Both the position numbers and the translations under genes were made by a program. The notes under the pieces are model-generated. The model was not told the origin of the DNA. It was given only the letters and a program-made list of their open reading frames with translations, and did not search any database. Below, piece after piece: positions 13,860 to 25,664 of a DNA stretch of 64,000 nucleotides; position 1 is the stretch's first letter, and each line of letters starts with the position of its first letter. The DNA comes from Octopus vulgaris (lineage: Eukaryota), in assembly GCA_951406725.2 (NCBI GenBank), contig OX597822.1, positions 102,300,001 to 102,364,000 of the forward strand. Reading direction: 5' to 3'.

Positions 13860-13923
13860 GTAAGCAAGCTACTTACCACACGGCCACTCTTGCGCCTCAA
13901 CATTCCTTATAAACTGTACAAAA

Positions 13924-13984
<61 letters not shown>

Positions 13985-14038
13985 TACACACACACAAATA
14001 CACACACATACACGTATACATGTATTTATATATGTGTA

Positions 14039-14245
14039 TACACGAGTTGGTGTTGAAAAGTTCCTGGCTTTGGGTAAAAAAATTCAGGAACATCAGTTAA
14101 TTATGATTTTATTCAACATATTCCCCTCTCAGATTCACACACTTTATTGCAGAAGTCCTTAGAGCCTTGTAAAAGAACTCGGAATATTGGACCTCCAACC
14201 AGGCCTTTCACGACATCCTTAAAGCCAAGAATTTTTCAGCACCCG

Positions 14246-14250
<5 letters not shown>
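14039..14250. mobile_element. Tc1/mariner-type MITE, about 210 bp
   Basis: Imperfect TIRs: cacgagttggtgttgaaaagttcctggcttt and aaagccaagaatttttcagcacccgttgtg. Confidence 0.65.
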
Positions 14251-14288
<38 letters not shown>

Positions 14289-15045
14289 TATATATAAGAC
14301 ATGTAAATATATTTATATATACTAAATAAGCAATTGCTTCGCTAAAAATTGAAGTCAGAATACTCCTAAGCCACAGAATAGACACTAAATTAATACACGC
14401 ATGACAAGAAAAAAATTCAAGCGACTAAGAAAAGCGTCTTACCTCTGCAGAGGTTGCAGAAGGAATGTCATTTAATCTGATATAAAGATTTCGAATTTAG
14501 CGCCAAAAGCCTATTATGCCTGTATTAATTTACTGATTCTTCTGTGGCTTAGGTGTTATTTTTAGCGAAGCAGGTGCTTATTTAGTTTCAGGGTTCAATT
14601 CATTCACATAAATCTCTAAGTGCAACGAGGAGAAAAACCAATGTCTGGAAAATAAAAGACAGTTAGTTAAAATGCGGATTCGGTTTCGAATCCTCTTAGC
14701 TATACTGTAGCTGGTTGCTATATCACTTTTCCACACAAATAATTTGCCGAAGACAAAAAAAATCATAATTGGGGAAAATTGCTGGAAAGTGCACTATGAA
14801 AACTGCAAAACGTTCAAAATTGTTATTGAAACGGGTAAAGATAAAGATTGGTGTGATGCAAGGCCAAGAAAAATCATGGATATCAGGAGAAAAAATCTGA
14901 GGTGATGTATGTAGGACAAATATCTATTCGAGTGAGTCCGAATAGCTCAATGAAGCTTTGCATGCATATTGTGCAGTTTGTGCTTTGATTTTGGGGTAGC
15001 GTTATGTGAGCGTACGCATGATTCAGTAATGAGTTGCGTATAGAT

Positions 15046-15375
15046 GGCGCGTGGCTCAGTGGTTAGAGCGTCGAGCTTACGTCGTGAGGTTGTGAGTTCG
15101 AATCCCTGACCGGGCTGCGTGTTGTGTTCTTGAGCAAGACACTTTATTTCACGTTGCTCCAGTTCACTCAGCTGTAGAAATGAGTTGCGACCTCACTGGT
15201 GCCAAGCTGTATCGGCTGCTGCCTTTCCCTTGGATAACACTGGTGGCGTGGAGAGGGGAGGCCGGTATGCATGGGCGACTGCTGGCCTTCCATAAACCAC
15301 TTTGCCCAGACTTGCGATTAGGAGGGTAACTTTCTAGGTGCAATCCCATGGTCAGTGTCGTGACCGAAGGGGGTC
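15046..15375 (+). mobile_element. tRNA-derived SINE S2 with a CORE-like central block
   Basis: A box tggctcagtgg, B box gttcgaatccc, then gtgttcttgagcaagacacttt...cagctgtagaaatgagt resembling the CORE domain. Confidence 0.8.
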
Positions 15376-15747
15376 CCGATCTCGATAAATGTACAACTGC
15401 AGACCGCTCATTGAAAGGAGCTGAGGCGAGTGCGTACATTCTCAGTTCATGATATAATTCCACGTAGAATTGCGCATGCTGTGTTAAGTGCCTTACAAGA
15501 AGTGTAGAGGTGAAATGAGTCTGGCGCTGGAGTCGTGTACACTTGCTGTGGGTAAGCAAGACGAGGTGCGCTATACTGATGCATTGAGAGACAGTATAAA
15601 GTTTGTCTATGTTAATTGTGACCAACCTGAGGGTCTTATAGCCGTGAGTTGCGTCTGGAAGCAAGAGCACAGTGCACAGGATGAAACATCCGACGTGCAC
15701 TGAGTCGGGATAAGGGCTGAGTAGGCAAAGACATGGAAAAAAAGAAG

Positions 15748-15811
<64 letters not shown>

Positions 15812-16028
15812 GAAGAAGAAGAAGAAGAAGAAGAAGAAGAAGAAGAAGAAGAAGAAGAAGAAGAAGAAGAAGAAGGAGGAGGAGGAGGAGGAGGAGGAGG
15901 AAATAGTGTTAGTTGAAGGCTACCAAACCTGCCACACACAGACAACTTCAGCTTTATATATATAGATTTATTTTTGGTTTCTTATTATCATTTACTAAGA
16001 CACAAATGAAACATGGTTTTAATATAAA

Positions 16029-16423
16029 CTAGCAGTATCGCCCGGCGTTGCTCGGGTTTGTAAGGGAAATAACTATAACTTTTAGAGAGTTATAGCCAAA
16101 AAATAGCAAAAAAAATGCATTAAAAATGGAAAAAAAATTATGGTAATTTTTTTTTTAAATCGTTGACTCATCGTAGATATTTTTAGAGAGTTACTTCCCT
16201 TATATAATAGCGAAACAAATGCATTAAAATGGAAAAAAATTATGGTAAATTATTTTTAAAATCGTAGACTCATCGTAGACGCGCGCTAATACCCAGAAGG
16301 GCTCGATATGAATCACGACTATAAGATACCCGGTTTTGGTTAAACTGCACCGCAAAATGTGGGAGTAGTTAGGAATCTAAATCGTAGGAGGCAGACACAC
16401 AACCTTACTTTTATATATAAAGA
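16029..16423 (-). mobile_element. Non-autonomous Helitron
   Basis: Minus strand begins TC(tttatatataaaa) and ends with hairpin cccgagcaacgccggg then CTAG; sits between A and T with no TSD; internal duplication present. Confidence 0.8.
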
Positions 16424-16792
16424 TTAAATAACAAGAATTTTTTTTTAATATATTTACAATGCCAAGTATGTACAAAAGAATTTATCAAAAAAATTTACAA
16501 ATTGAAAAATAAACTAAAAAATAACCTAAAGTAACCTGACTTTAAATTGTAGATCACACGCCAAAGTAGCACCAAACAAACGCCATTTCTGCTACTATTT
16601 TTGGACTTCGAAAATAGTCAACTTATAACTTACATTCTTGGTGACCTGACATCTATCATACATCCCATCAAGTGATACATTTGACAACTCCAACGTTGCC
16701 AAACCATCAGCATAAAAACTTACATTACACACACGCACACATACACGCGTGCACCGTGTGTATGTGTGTGTGTGTGGTGGTGGGAGTTATAT

Positions 16793-17022
16793 ATTTCTTT
16801 ACTACCCACAAGGGGCTAAACACAGAGAGGACAAACAAGGACAGACAAACGGATTAAGTCGATTACATCGACCCCAGTGCGTAACTCGTACTAAATTTAT
16901 CGACCCTGAAAGGATGAAAGGTAAAGTCGACCTCGGCGGAATTTGAACCCGGAACGTAAAGACGGACGAAATACCGCTAAGCATTTCGCCCGGCGTGCTA
17001 ACGTTTCTGCCAGCTCGCCGCC
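16793..17022 (-). mobile_element. SINE S4 with tail type A, full length with TSD
   Basis: Head ggcggcgagctggcagaaacgttagc, tail ...gtagtaaagaaata; TSD tggtgggag(t/c)tata. Confidence 0.9.
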
Positions 17023-17939
17023 TGGTGGGAGCTATATACTAAACAAAACAATAAGTAGGACAAGTTTTTTTAGCAGAGGGTGTCATCTTTTCACATCGAG
17101 CACTACATGGAATGTAACAGCAATGAATTGAGCCGAATCGCTTTCTGAACTGCCCAAGTTCCTCGTCGTCTTGAGAAATCCACAGCTGTTTATAACATTT
17201 CTGGACGTGTCTTAAATTGAAGTCTTTCGTTTTGAATAAACAAAAAAATATCTTTATTCTATTTGTCACGATAAAAACACAAATATATAATGTTTAGATT
17301 ATAACGTGTCAAATTGGCGACTATTTCAATCATAAATATTCGTGTCAAATATCATCCCTTCTGCCATGTAACTTAGGTCCTGAATAGTATCATGGCCACT
17401 GTCCATTTTCTGGTTACGTCGAGAAAGTATTCTTTAGACAACTCTTCGAATAAACCATTACATATCAGCCTTGTCCCGACGAACTTAACCTCTGTTAATG
17501 ACTAATTTATTTCAAAATTTTAGTCTTATATTAAACCAGTTTTTTGTTTAATAAAAATTTCAAGTTTGAAAGGAAAGGGTCCGGGTTTAGATTAAGGCTG
17601 CGCGCACTTCGATCATAGGTATTACAAAAGCGGTAAGCTGGCAGAAACGTTATTGTGCCGGACAAAATGCCTAACATCATTTCTTCAGGCTCTTTACGTT
17701 CCGATTTCAAATTCCGCCGAGGTCGAACTTGCATTCCATCCTTTCAAAATCGATAAATGCTAGTTGGATATTTGGGTCGATGTAATCGATCACCCCGCTA
17801 CTCCAAGAATTACAGGCCTAGTGCTTATAATACAAGGGATCAAATGTGTTACTCAATTCTCTCCTATCCAAACTTGGTGGTTTTGATAGCTGGAATAGTA
17901 GGGAATGTGGTGTATGCAGGAGATTTGAAATAAGGACAC

Positions 17940-20040
17940 CTACCTTCTCTTCGTCGACACAGACCTCTCCAGAGCCGAACGCTAGAAATAGCAGCTGGTT
18001 TTCCCTACCTTGATAAAGCGCTCACATGTCCAGCTCTGTCGGCTGCCCCAATCGAAAGGCCCAATCCTCCCCCTTCCTGCGCGCGAGTCACTCCTACCCT
18101 TTCCTCTTCCAGTCAGCCCCAAGTTCCGGTCAGCTCCCCAGCTGCTGTCGTCATCCCACACGCCACCCTGATCTTAAAGACCACCTTCTCTTTACTCCAC
18201 GTCGAGGTCCATCATCGAACCGGAAGGGCGCTTTGCGCGTCGAGATTTTCTCAGGCTAGGCACCTCGTTCTCCTCCTCTCCACAATCGTCATCCGAAGAA
18301 GCGATAATCCTGCGAAGGTCCAAGACATGTCGCGGCATTCCATCCACAGAGACGTTGTTTCTGGAGTTGACCGCCGTCACCGTTCCTCTGCTCCATTGAA
18401 ATGTACAGCGCGCCTTCGGTGGCTTAACCCAGACTTCCTCCCCTATTTTCACGCAAGCGGGTCCCTTCTCTTTCTCGTGGCCCTCCGGAGCTTTACTCGG
18501 ATGCCTCCATTCACATTCAAATACCGCTCTGTGCAGCACAGATACTTCAGCTTGTCCGGATCGGGGAGACATGTTGTACCAAAAAACTGCTTCCAGCGGC
18601 AAAATGTGCCCTCTTTCCGCTATGGCCTTGACCGTCCGATGGTGCCTCCCTACAATTCCGTTACCGCTCGGCCTATACGCTGCTCTGAACAAGCGACGCA
18701 CTTTCCACCGGTCGAGCATATCCCTCAATGCTTTCGAACGAAATGCCGCCCCGTTGTCCATTAGCAGTTCTTCCACGGGACTCCTCTCTAAAAATATCCC
18801 GTTCAAAATCTGCGCAATCTTGTCAGCAATGCCCGTTCTCAACTCCCTCCAAATGGCCAGCCAGTCCGCAGTCGACCATAGAGCGATACATTCCCTGACG
18901 GTAGTGCGTCACATCCACAGCTAGCCTTTTCTAGTTGTGCTCCACCAAAAGGTTTCCTTGTTCATGCCCACACGGAGGAGGGTGAATGGACTGACACCTG
19001 TCGCAGCTCCCAACCACTTTCCGGATGCTTCTCCTAGTAACGTCAGCATCAATTTTCTTCGCTAGATACAGGGTCCTATCCACACCCAAGTGATGCATAG
19101 CATGCAGTCTCTTCAGTTCGGAGTCATCCAACCGACACGTCACAGCTATCCTTTTCTGTGCCTCCTCCGGTTCCTCCAACCACGCCCTTTTCCCCCTGGT
19201 CAGTGCGTCTGCCCTGTTTCTCTCCGAAGGCACGAAACCCACATTCAGCTTCAGTTCGAACTCGGCAATCAATTCTCCTAGAACTCCTAGACGGTACTTC
19301 ACCAACATCTCCGCGGCACCTTTCGTCCGAACTCTTCTCTCACCAGTGATCACCGATCCTACCCAGCCAAGCACAGTGGCCGAATCCGTCCGGATTTCGA
19401 GTGAGCGCAGCCCCTATTTCAGGGCCAAATTCACCCCTTTCAGCACCGCGTCTAATTCGGCGACATTGATGTGGCTAAAGTCATCTGCTTTCCGAAGCCA
19501 GGCCGCGTCCTCCACCTCAGGGCCTTCGACCTCCAACGCAACCCCTTTCGCTATACTGCTAGCATCACACCAGACGGTCCCGCATTCCGTCTTGGGCACA
19601 TACCAGTTCCCCCTGACCGGTTCTTCCGCTCTCGTCCTCTCTAGGATTTCCTGCATCATCGCCACCGTCCCTTCTCCCACCTTGTCGCCCCAGCTCACCC
19701 CTCCGCTCGTCTCTTGGTGTAACTGCACTCTGCGCGCAGCCATCCAGCGATCGAGTAGTGATCGACCAACTTCCCACACACCGAGAACAGCTCTCTCCTA
19801 CTAACGCTGGAACTCAGCTCTGGGATTTCATTCCCTCTCCGGAACACCAACTCACCCGATCTATCTCATCGCAGCTTCAACCCCAGTGCAGCTCCCCGTT
19901 CCATCGACTCCGGTGGCTTCGCAATCAGTCCGAACTTCTCCAGGTGTCTCAATACTTCGTTGGCTGGCACTATAGTTTCGTCCACCAAACTGTCGTCTAT
20001 GTAGGAACTGGTGGCCTTTCTAATCTTGTCCTCTTTCCCT
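17940..20040 (-). mobile_element. Decayed Ty3/Gypsy pol fragment (RT, RNase H, integrase)
   Basis: YIDD (20048-19866), WCDASS and HINVAELDAV (RNase H), HAMHHLG...CDRC (HHCC), DNG...GNGIVGRHHRTVK (integrase); several frameshifts. Confidence 0.88.
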
Positions 20041-20880
20041 ATATACACCCCTTAAGCTAGGCTCTATTTTTAGCTATTCCTACTGACCACCAAACCTATT
20101 TAATTAATAGACATAAATGCATTCCTCCTCCACTTTACCAAAATCTTAACGCCTGACCTCCCACCCCTAACTGTCCCTTACGGAAAATAATACTGGCATT
20201 TTATTTCTATTTTTTGATCTTTTCAATATTTTAAATTATTTCAGTGTTTTAAATACTTTTTGATTTTTCTTTTACTTTTGCCCTCATTCATTCTTTCCCA
20301 CACTTATCCTATTCCTTTCTTTTCTCTCTTTCCCCTCCCTCCTCTATTCACTCATTCACAACCCGTATCTGTCTATCATGATGCCTGTCTTTCTCACTCT
20401 ATATATCCACGTGGACCATTTTCATACTAGCTAACCACTTAATTCTAGTCCTTCAACATGAACACAACATTCAAAATACTGCCAAAATACTTTCCGGATT
20501 CATCTGGGATTATACCTACGGTCCTATACCTTCACGGAAGTACGAACCAACCTCCATACTCTCTGGAAGAAGATGAACTGTGAACTTTATTCTCCTCTCT
20601 GTATTCTTCTATCTACTGTTTTGCTCTTTATTTTTCTATTTATTATTTTATTCATTATTTTATTCCTTATAGACTGACTTTTTCCTGTCTAGAACTTTCA
20701 TACATACTCACCTTGTCTCTGATGAAGGAATACCCAGTGTACGGACATGCTAACCTACCACTCGGGATATCCCAGAGTCAGCTGTAAGACTTCAAATTCA
20801 CCTTACGCCAATTAAATATGCTAAATAACTAAAGATACCTGTCCTGCCTTGGTTTTTGCTGTCCCTTTCTCTCTAAAATC
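20041..20880 (+). mobile_element. PLE 3' region with degenerate hammerhead at 20715-20790
   Basis: gtct-CTGATGA-long stem II-GAGT (mutated GAAA)-cagctg-TA-agac; stem I gtct/agac; pyrimidine-rich 3' region. Confidence 0.55.
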
Positions 20881-20904
20881 CACACACACATACACACACA
20901 TATA

Positions 20905-22560
20905 TATGGTGGTTGCCTATTCCTTATGCAGAGTCTGACCACCTCCAGTACCTACACCTGAGATCCTTCATGGCGTCTGATGTGGCTTTTTAAGCCAAAG
21001 TTTTGAAAAGACACCCACATAGATTGCATATCCGATTTGGACCACTAAAGAGCTGCAGTTAAGTTCTAATCTTTGTGGATCTTAAAATGTCTTTTGAGAC
21101 CTCCGTTAAATCTGCAGACCTTATGGCATACACGGTATTGAAAGGTGTGCACAGATATATAGGCAGAATAGTTGGTGGAGGTTCGTTTTCCATGGGACCG
21201 CAAATGAGATTTGAGACCTGCAAAAGAAAGGCATGGTCTGTTACATGGATCGTAACATTCCTCTTTAAATCTCTCTTGAGTCTTACATGCATTATCCTAG
21301 CTTCTTCAAAAGCTTTAGTCCACTCCACACTTTCGTTCGCCATCCAGCTCGATCCGAAGCAAGGGTTTCTATTTCCACGGGATCCATCTGGATCCATTCC
21401 AAGTGACTTCATGGTATACTTATGCCGTCGTCAAACCTCATTTTAGGTTAACACTGCTCGCGTTTTCCCTCTGCAAGCTCACTATAAAACAACTGTTTAG
21501 GTATGCTTTCATCCGCCATTCGAACATTATGGCCACATATTCTCAATTGGTTTTGCAGAATCAATGCTTTAATTGAATTGATGCCTGTAGACGCAAGACA
21601 TATGTGTTTGGAGTAAAGGAACTCCATTTGATGTTTAAAATGCGATGAAGGTATTTTTGGTGGAATTCTTCTCTCAATTTCAAATGCCTTTCATAACATG
21701 TCCATGTTTCAGAAGAATACAACAAAGATAGTAAGACAACTGATTTGTAAAGAACAAATTTTGTGTTGTTATTTATATGTCGTTGGTGCCAAACACGTGA
21801 TTCCAAACCACCAAATGCTTGTACTGTCCTTTGAATTCGCGGATGTATTTCTGTGCCCAGATTTCCATCATTTTATACAGGGCTTCCAAGGTAGATGAAA
21901 GAATCAACAACCTCAAGTACCTTATCCTTGGCAAAAATTTTAACGGGGTTGCAAACAGCACCACATGCAGGTTGATATATTACAACTGTTTTTTCAAGTT
22001 GATGGTCGAGCCAAAACCATTACAAGTTGAGTCGAATGCAGATACAAGAGATTGCAAACATGTTTCAGAATGACTGACTAGATCGCAGTCGTCAGCGTAT
22101 AAAAGTTCCCTAATCAGTGAAGTAAAAACATTCGTTTAGAAATTCAACCTGGTCAGATAAAAAACATTCCCTGTTGTTCGGTATTTTATGTAAATACCCC
22201 CCTCGGAGTTTTGAAAAGCATGTGGCAACGCAACAGCTAAGTATATTGGAAAGAGAGTGGGTGCATCAAGGTCTGCTTGCTTTACTCTATTTTCCAAGGC
22301 AAAAGATTCAGAGAGCCTACCACGAAAATTAACTCTAGCTTTCATATATTGTGCAAAGCCTTGATCATGTTTACAAATTTTTCTGGGCAACCTATTTTCC
22401 TTAGAATTAGCTACAGAGCATTTCGATTAACAGCATCGAATGCTTTGCTCAAATCAACTAACAATGATGTAGGGCAAGATTCTGTTCAATGCACTTTTCC
22501 TGAAATTGTCTGATACAATCAGCTGTGTCCCTGGAGGAGCGAAAGCTACATTGAGACTCA
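20905..22560 (-). mobile_element. Decayed RTE-clade LINE (RT and C-terminus)
   Basis: FDAVNR, RVKQADLDAPTLF, LLYADDCDL, LYKSVVLLSLLYSSETWT, in broken frames. Confidence 0.85.
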
Positions 22561-22597
22561 GACACCATATTTGGAACTACGAAACTATTTAAACGTT

Positions 22598-23755
22598 CTA
22601 AAGCTTTTTAATCCCATCAATGTAAAACTCTTTAGGTTTCAAAGCGAAGAACTCTGAAATGTCAGCTTCGACCTCCTCTTGGCTTGCAAAACTTATGTCC
22701 TCCAAATGAATCTGTAAATTACGAAACAAATGGTAGTCTGATGGAGCAACGTCGGGAGAATAAGGTGGATGAGGAATTTTTTCCCATCCAAGCTCTTCCA
22801 TCTTCTGTAATGTGATCTTTGCAATGTGGGATCGCGCATCGCCCTGATGAAATATCACTCCTTTTTGATTCACTAAAACGGGTCTTTTTTTCTTCAAAGC
22901 TTGGTTCAAACGCTCTAATTGCTGACAGTAGACTTGAGCATTGATTGTTGCATTAGGTGATAACAATTCAAAATGAATTACTCCTTTCCAGTTCCACCAG
23001 GTAGAGAGAAGAACATTTTTCCCATGAAGTTCCCTTCTCGGTTGTGGTTGAGTTTTTCCCCTTTTACCAAGCCACTGTTTACGACGTTTAACATTTCGAT
23101 AGAAGATCCATTTTTCGTCAAAAGTCACAAGTCTATCCAAAAAGGGTGAAATGAGTTCGCGAGAATGGAGAGAAGAGCAGATGTCAACTCGAAATTTGCG
23201 ATTGCTTTCGGACAATTCATGAGGCACACATTTTCCAAGTTTAGGAACCAAGTTGTTGAAGATGACGATGAACAGTTGGATGGTTTGAATTAAGCTTTAT
23301 TGCTAATTCTTCAACTGATAATGCAGGATTTTCTTCAAGTAATCCCTCAAGGAGCTTATCATCAAACTCAACTGGACGTCATGTTCGATCTTCATCTTCA
23401 AGGCTGAAATCTCCACTTCTGAATTTTGCAAACCATCTTCTGCAAGTTCTTTCATTCAAGCATTCTTTCCCATAAACTGACTGTACGTTTCGAGTCGCTT
23501 CGGCTGCAGAGTTTCCTTTTTTGAACTCATAAAGCATTAAGTGCCTCAAATGCTCTTTGGATACTTCCGTGTTAGAAAGGGTTTTAATCAAAGAAATTTT
23601 AATTCTATTATTCTGTAAAATAATATTTAATTAGTTTGAATGTACACAAATGCATAAAAATAATTTATTAATTCCATTAGACATTCTAAAATACTATTAA
23701 ATTTCATTCAGTTTTAAAAAAGGTAAAATCGGACAGAACTTATGGGATGACCTGA
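22598..23755 (-). mobile_element. mariner transposon, frameshifted transposase, 5' TIR present, 3' end missing
   Basis: HTH N-terminus (23591-23379), CVPHEL, DEKW, HQGDARSH, YSPDVAPSDYHLF; TIR ending cctga followed by TA. Confidence 0.92.
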
Positions 23756-24544
23756 TATATACTGTTATAATCAAGGATGAAATCTATATAGGATTTTATC
23801 AGGCAGCTAACATGTAAAACACCATTTAGGTAAAACTTGATACCAAGTATTTAATTTTATAAATATAATTACAAAATTATAATGCCACATGCTAAAAGAA
23901 GACGCCAAATGACTCTAAAACTACCTTATTTATCACACAGATATGGGCTAAAAGCGAGGGAATAAACAAAAAAGATTTTTTTTTAAAGTTTAGCCATAAA
24001 TCGATTTCGGGTTTAGGAATGTAAATATCACTTTACCGTCCTCAGTATGACATAAATGAAAGCACATAATTATAAATATTTATACATGCCATACGAACAC
24101 AATGTATCTACAGTGTATATACAAATGTTCACACTTATATACAAGCTAAATCTAGTTCGTTCATCTCAGCCACCTGTGAATAACCAAAATAATTCAGCAG
24201 TGAATAAATATGGTTTATGAGAATTCACATTCATCATTATAATCAAGGACAAAATCTGAATAGAATTTTATCAGGTAGTTAGCATGTGCGTTTGTGTGTG
24301 TGACTTCATATGCGTATATGTATGTATATACATACATGTATGTGTATATATGTATATATGCGTATATACATGTAACAGAAAGGAGAAGGAAAAAGAAAAC
24401 AAAGACTGCTTTTATCTTATTTTCCTTTATATTCTTTCTTCGTTTTATATATTTATTGTATAAAACGTCGTGGGTAAGGCCAAAACAATGCAAAGTAAAT
24501 GCAAGGAAAATCACAAGAAAACAATTATGTGAAATAATGTAGAC

Positions 24545-25080
24545 TTACCTTGTATTCAATATTTCGGGTTTATGACCCCATCCTCAAGAAATTGACGAAT
24601 GTTGCCGATGTGCGTGTGTGTGAGCGTATGTGGAGTGGACATGCGCAGAAGGGTGTTACTATAGCAACCAGCTAGCTTCCTGTAGTTCATTTGTATTATT
24701 GATCTTGGATTTCTTTTGATGTATGAGTATAGCCTCAGGCGATTCTAAGGTCGCCCCTGTTCCGCTGTGTTGTCTTGATGTGCACTGTGAACTCCCGAGC
24801 CTGGCATTTCCGTAGATGTTTCTTCACGGAAGTTTCTGGCTGCATGTACTCCTTAATGCGTACATGCAGTTTTCTTGTCGTGCTTCCAATGTAGGATGCT
24901 TCACATTTTTCCACAGGTGAACTCATATACAACATAGGTCCTCTGGCACAATTCAGAGTCATTGATGGGACAGCTGGATAATGTGCACTCCTGAGAGTAG
25001 TGAGGGCTGTTGTTCTTAGATAGAGCTTTTCGTAGGGAAGGGCCGGTGTGCACTATCCGTATGTCGAGTCCTTCCCAGCA
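24545..25080 (-). mobile_element. PLE 3' fragment (GIY-YIG remnant)
   Basis: SYIGSTTRKLHVRIKEY...SVKKHL; degenerate HHR-like TTGAGGA..ggg/ccc..GAAA near 24555-24590. Confidence 0.7.
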
Positions 25081-25207
25081 GACTGAGTGTATTTATATCT
25101 ATTTTATCTATTTTGATCTATGCTTATTCTTTAGTCTGCTTACGATGTATAAGTGTTTATAGATACATATATATATATATGTATAAGTGTTTATAAATAT
25201 ATATTCC

Positions 25208-25590
25208 TTTTTCTTTTATTCTTTTACTTGTTTCAGTCATTTGACTGTGGCCATGCTGGAGCACCGCCTTTCGTCGAGCAAATCGACCCCGGGACTTATT
25301 CTTTGTAAGCCCAGTACTTATTCTATCGGTCTCTTTTGCCGAACCGCTAAGTGACGGGGACGTAAACACACCAGCATCGGTTGTCAAGCAATGCTAGGGA
25401 GACAAACACAGACACACAAACACACATACATATAGATACATATACATATATACGACAGGCTTCTTTCAGTTTCCGTCTACCAAATCCACTCACATAGCAG
25501 AAGACACCTGCCCAAGATGCCACGCAGTGGGACTGAACCCGGAACCATGTGGTTGGTTAGCAAGCTACTTACCACACAGCCACTCCTGCG

Positions 25591-25592
<2 letters not shown>
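25208..25592 (-). mobile_element. SINE S3 (further copies at 43490-43905 -, about 40975-41370 +, partial at 34850-34970 and 38690-38755)
   Basis: Head ggcgcaggagtggctgtgtggtaagtagcttg...ggttcagtccc, internal microsatellite, tail ...gactgaaacaagtaaaaga. Confidence 0.9.
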
Positions 25593-25639
<47 letters not shown>

Positions 25640-25664
25640 AAGTGTTTATAAATATATATATATA

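Larger units (their letters stand above)
10822..13896 (-). mobile_element. tRNA-derived SINE S3, split into 10822-10962 and 13860-13896 by two insertions
   Basis: The two pieces rejoin to match the uninterrupted S3 heads near 25530-25592 and 40440-40502. Confidence 0.9.

Noticed and set aside
14443-14476. Possible 34-bp minus-strand micro-exon (tcag|...gag|gtaag)
   Set aside because: Good donor but weak acceptor tract and no partner exons; cannot be supported without RNA data
15046-15120. tRNA gene candidates at SINE heads (also 461, 25530, 52752)
   Set aside because: A/B boxes run directly into SINE bodies with tails and TSDs; no complete acceptor stem
17870-18030. Gypsy 3' LTR and polypurine tract
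   Set aside because: No second LTR to compare; TG...CA boundaries and TSD could not be fixed
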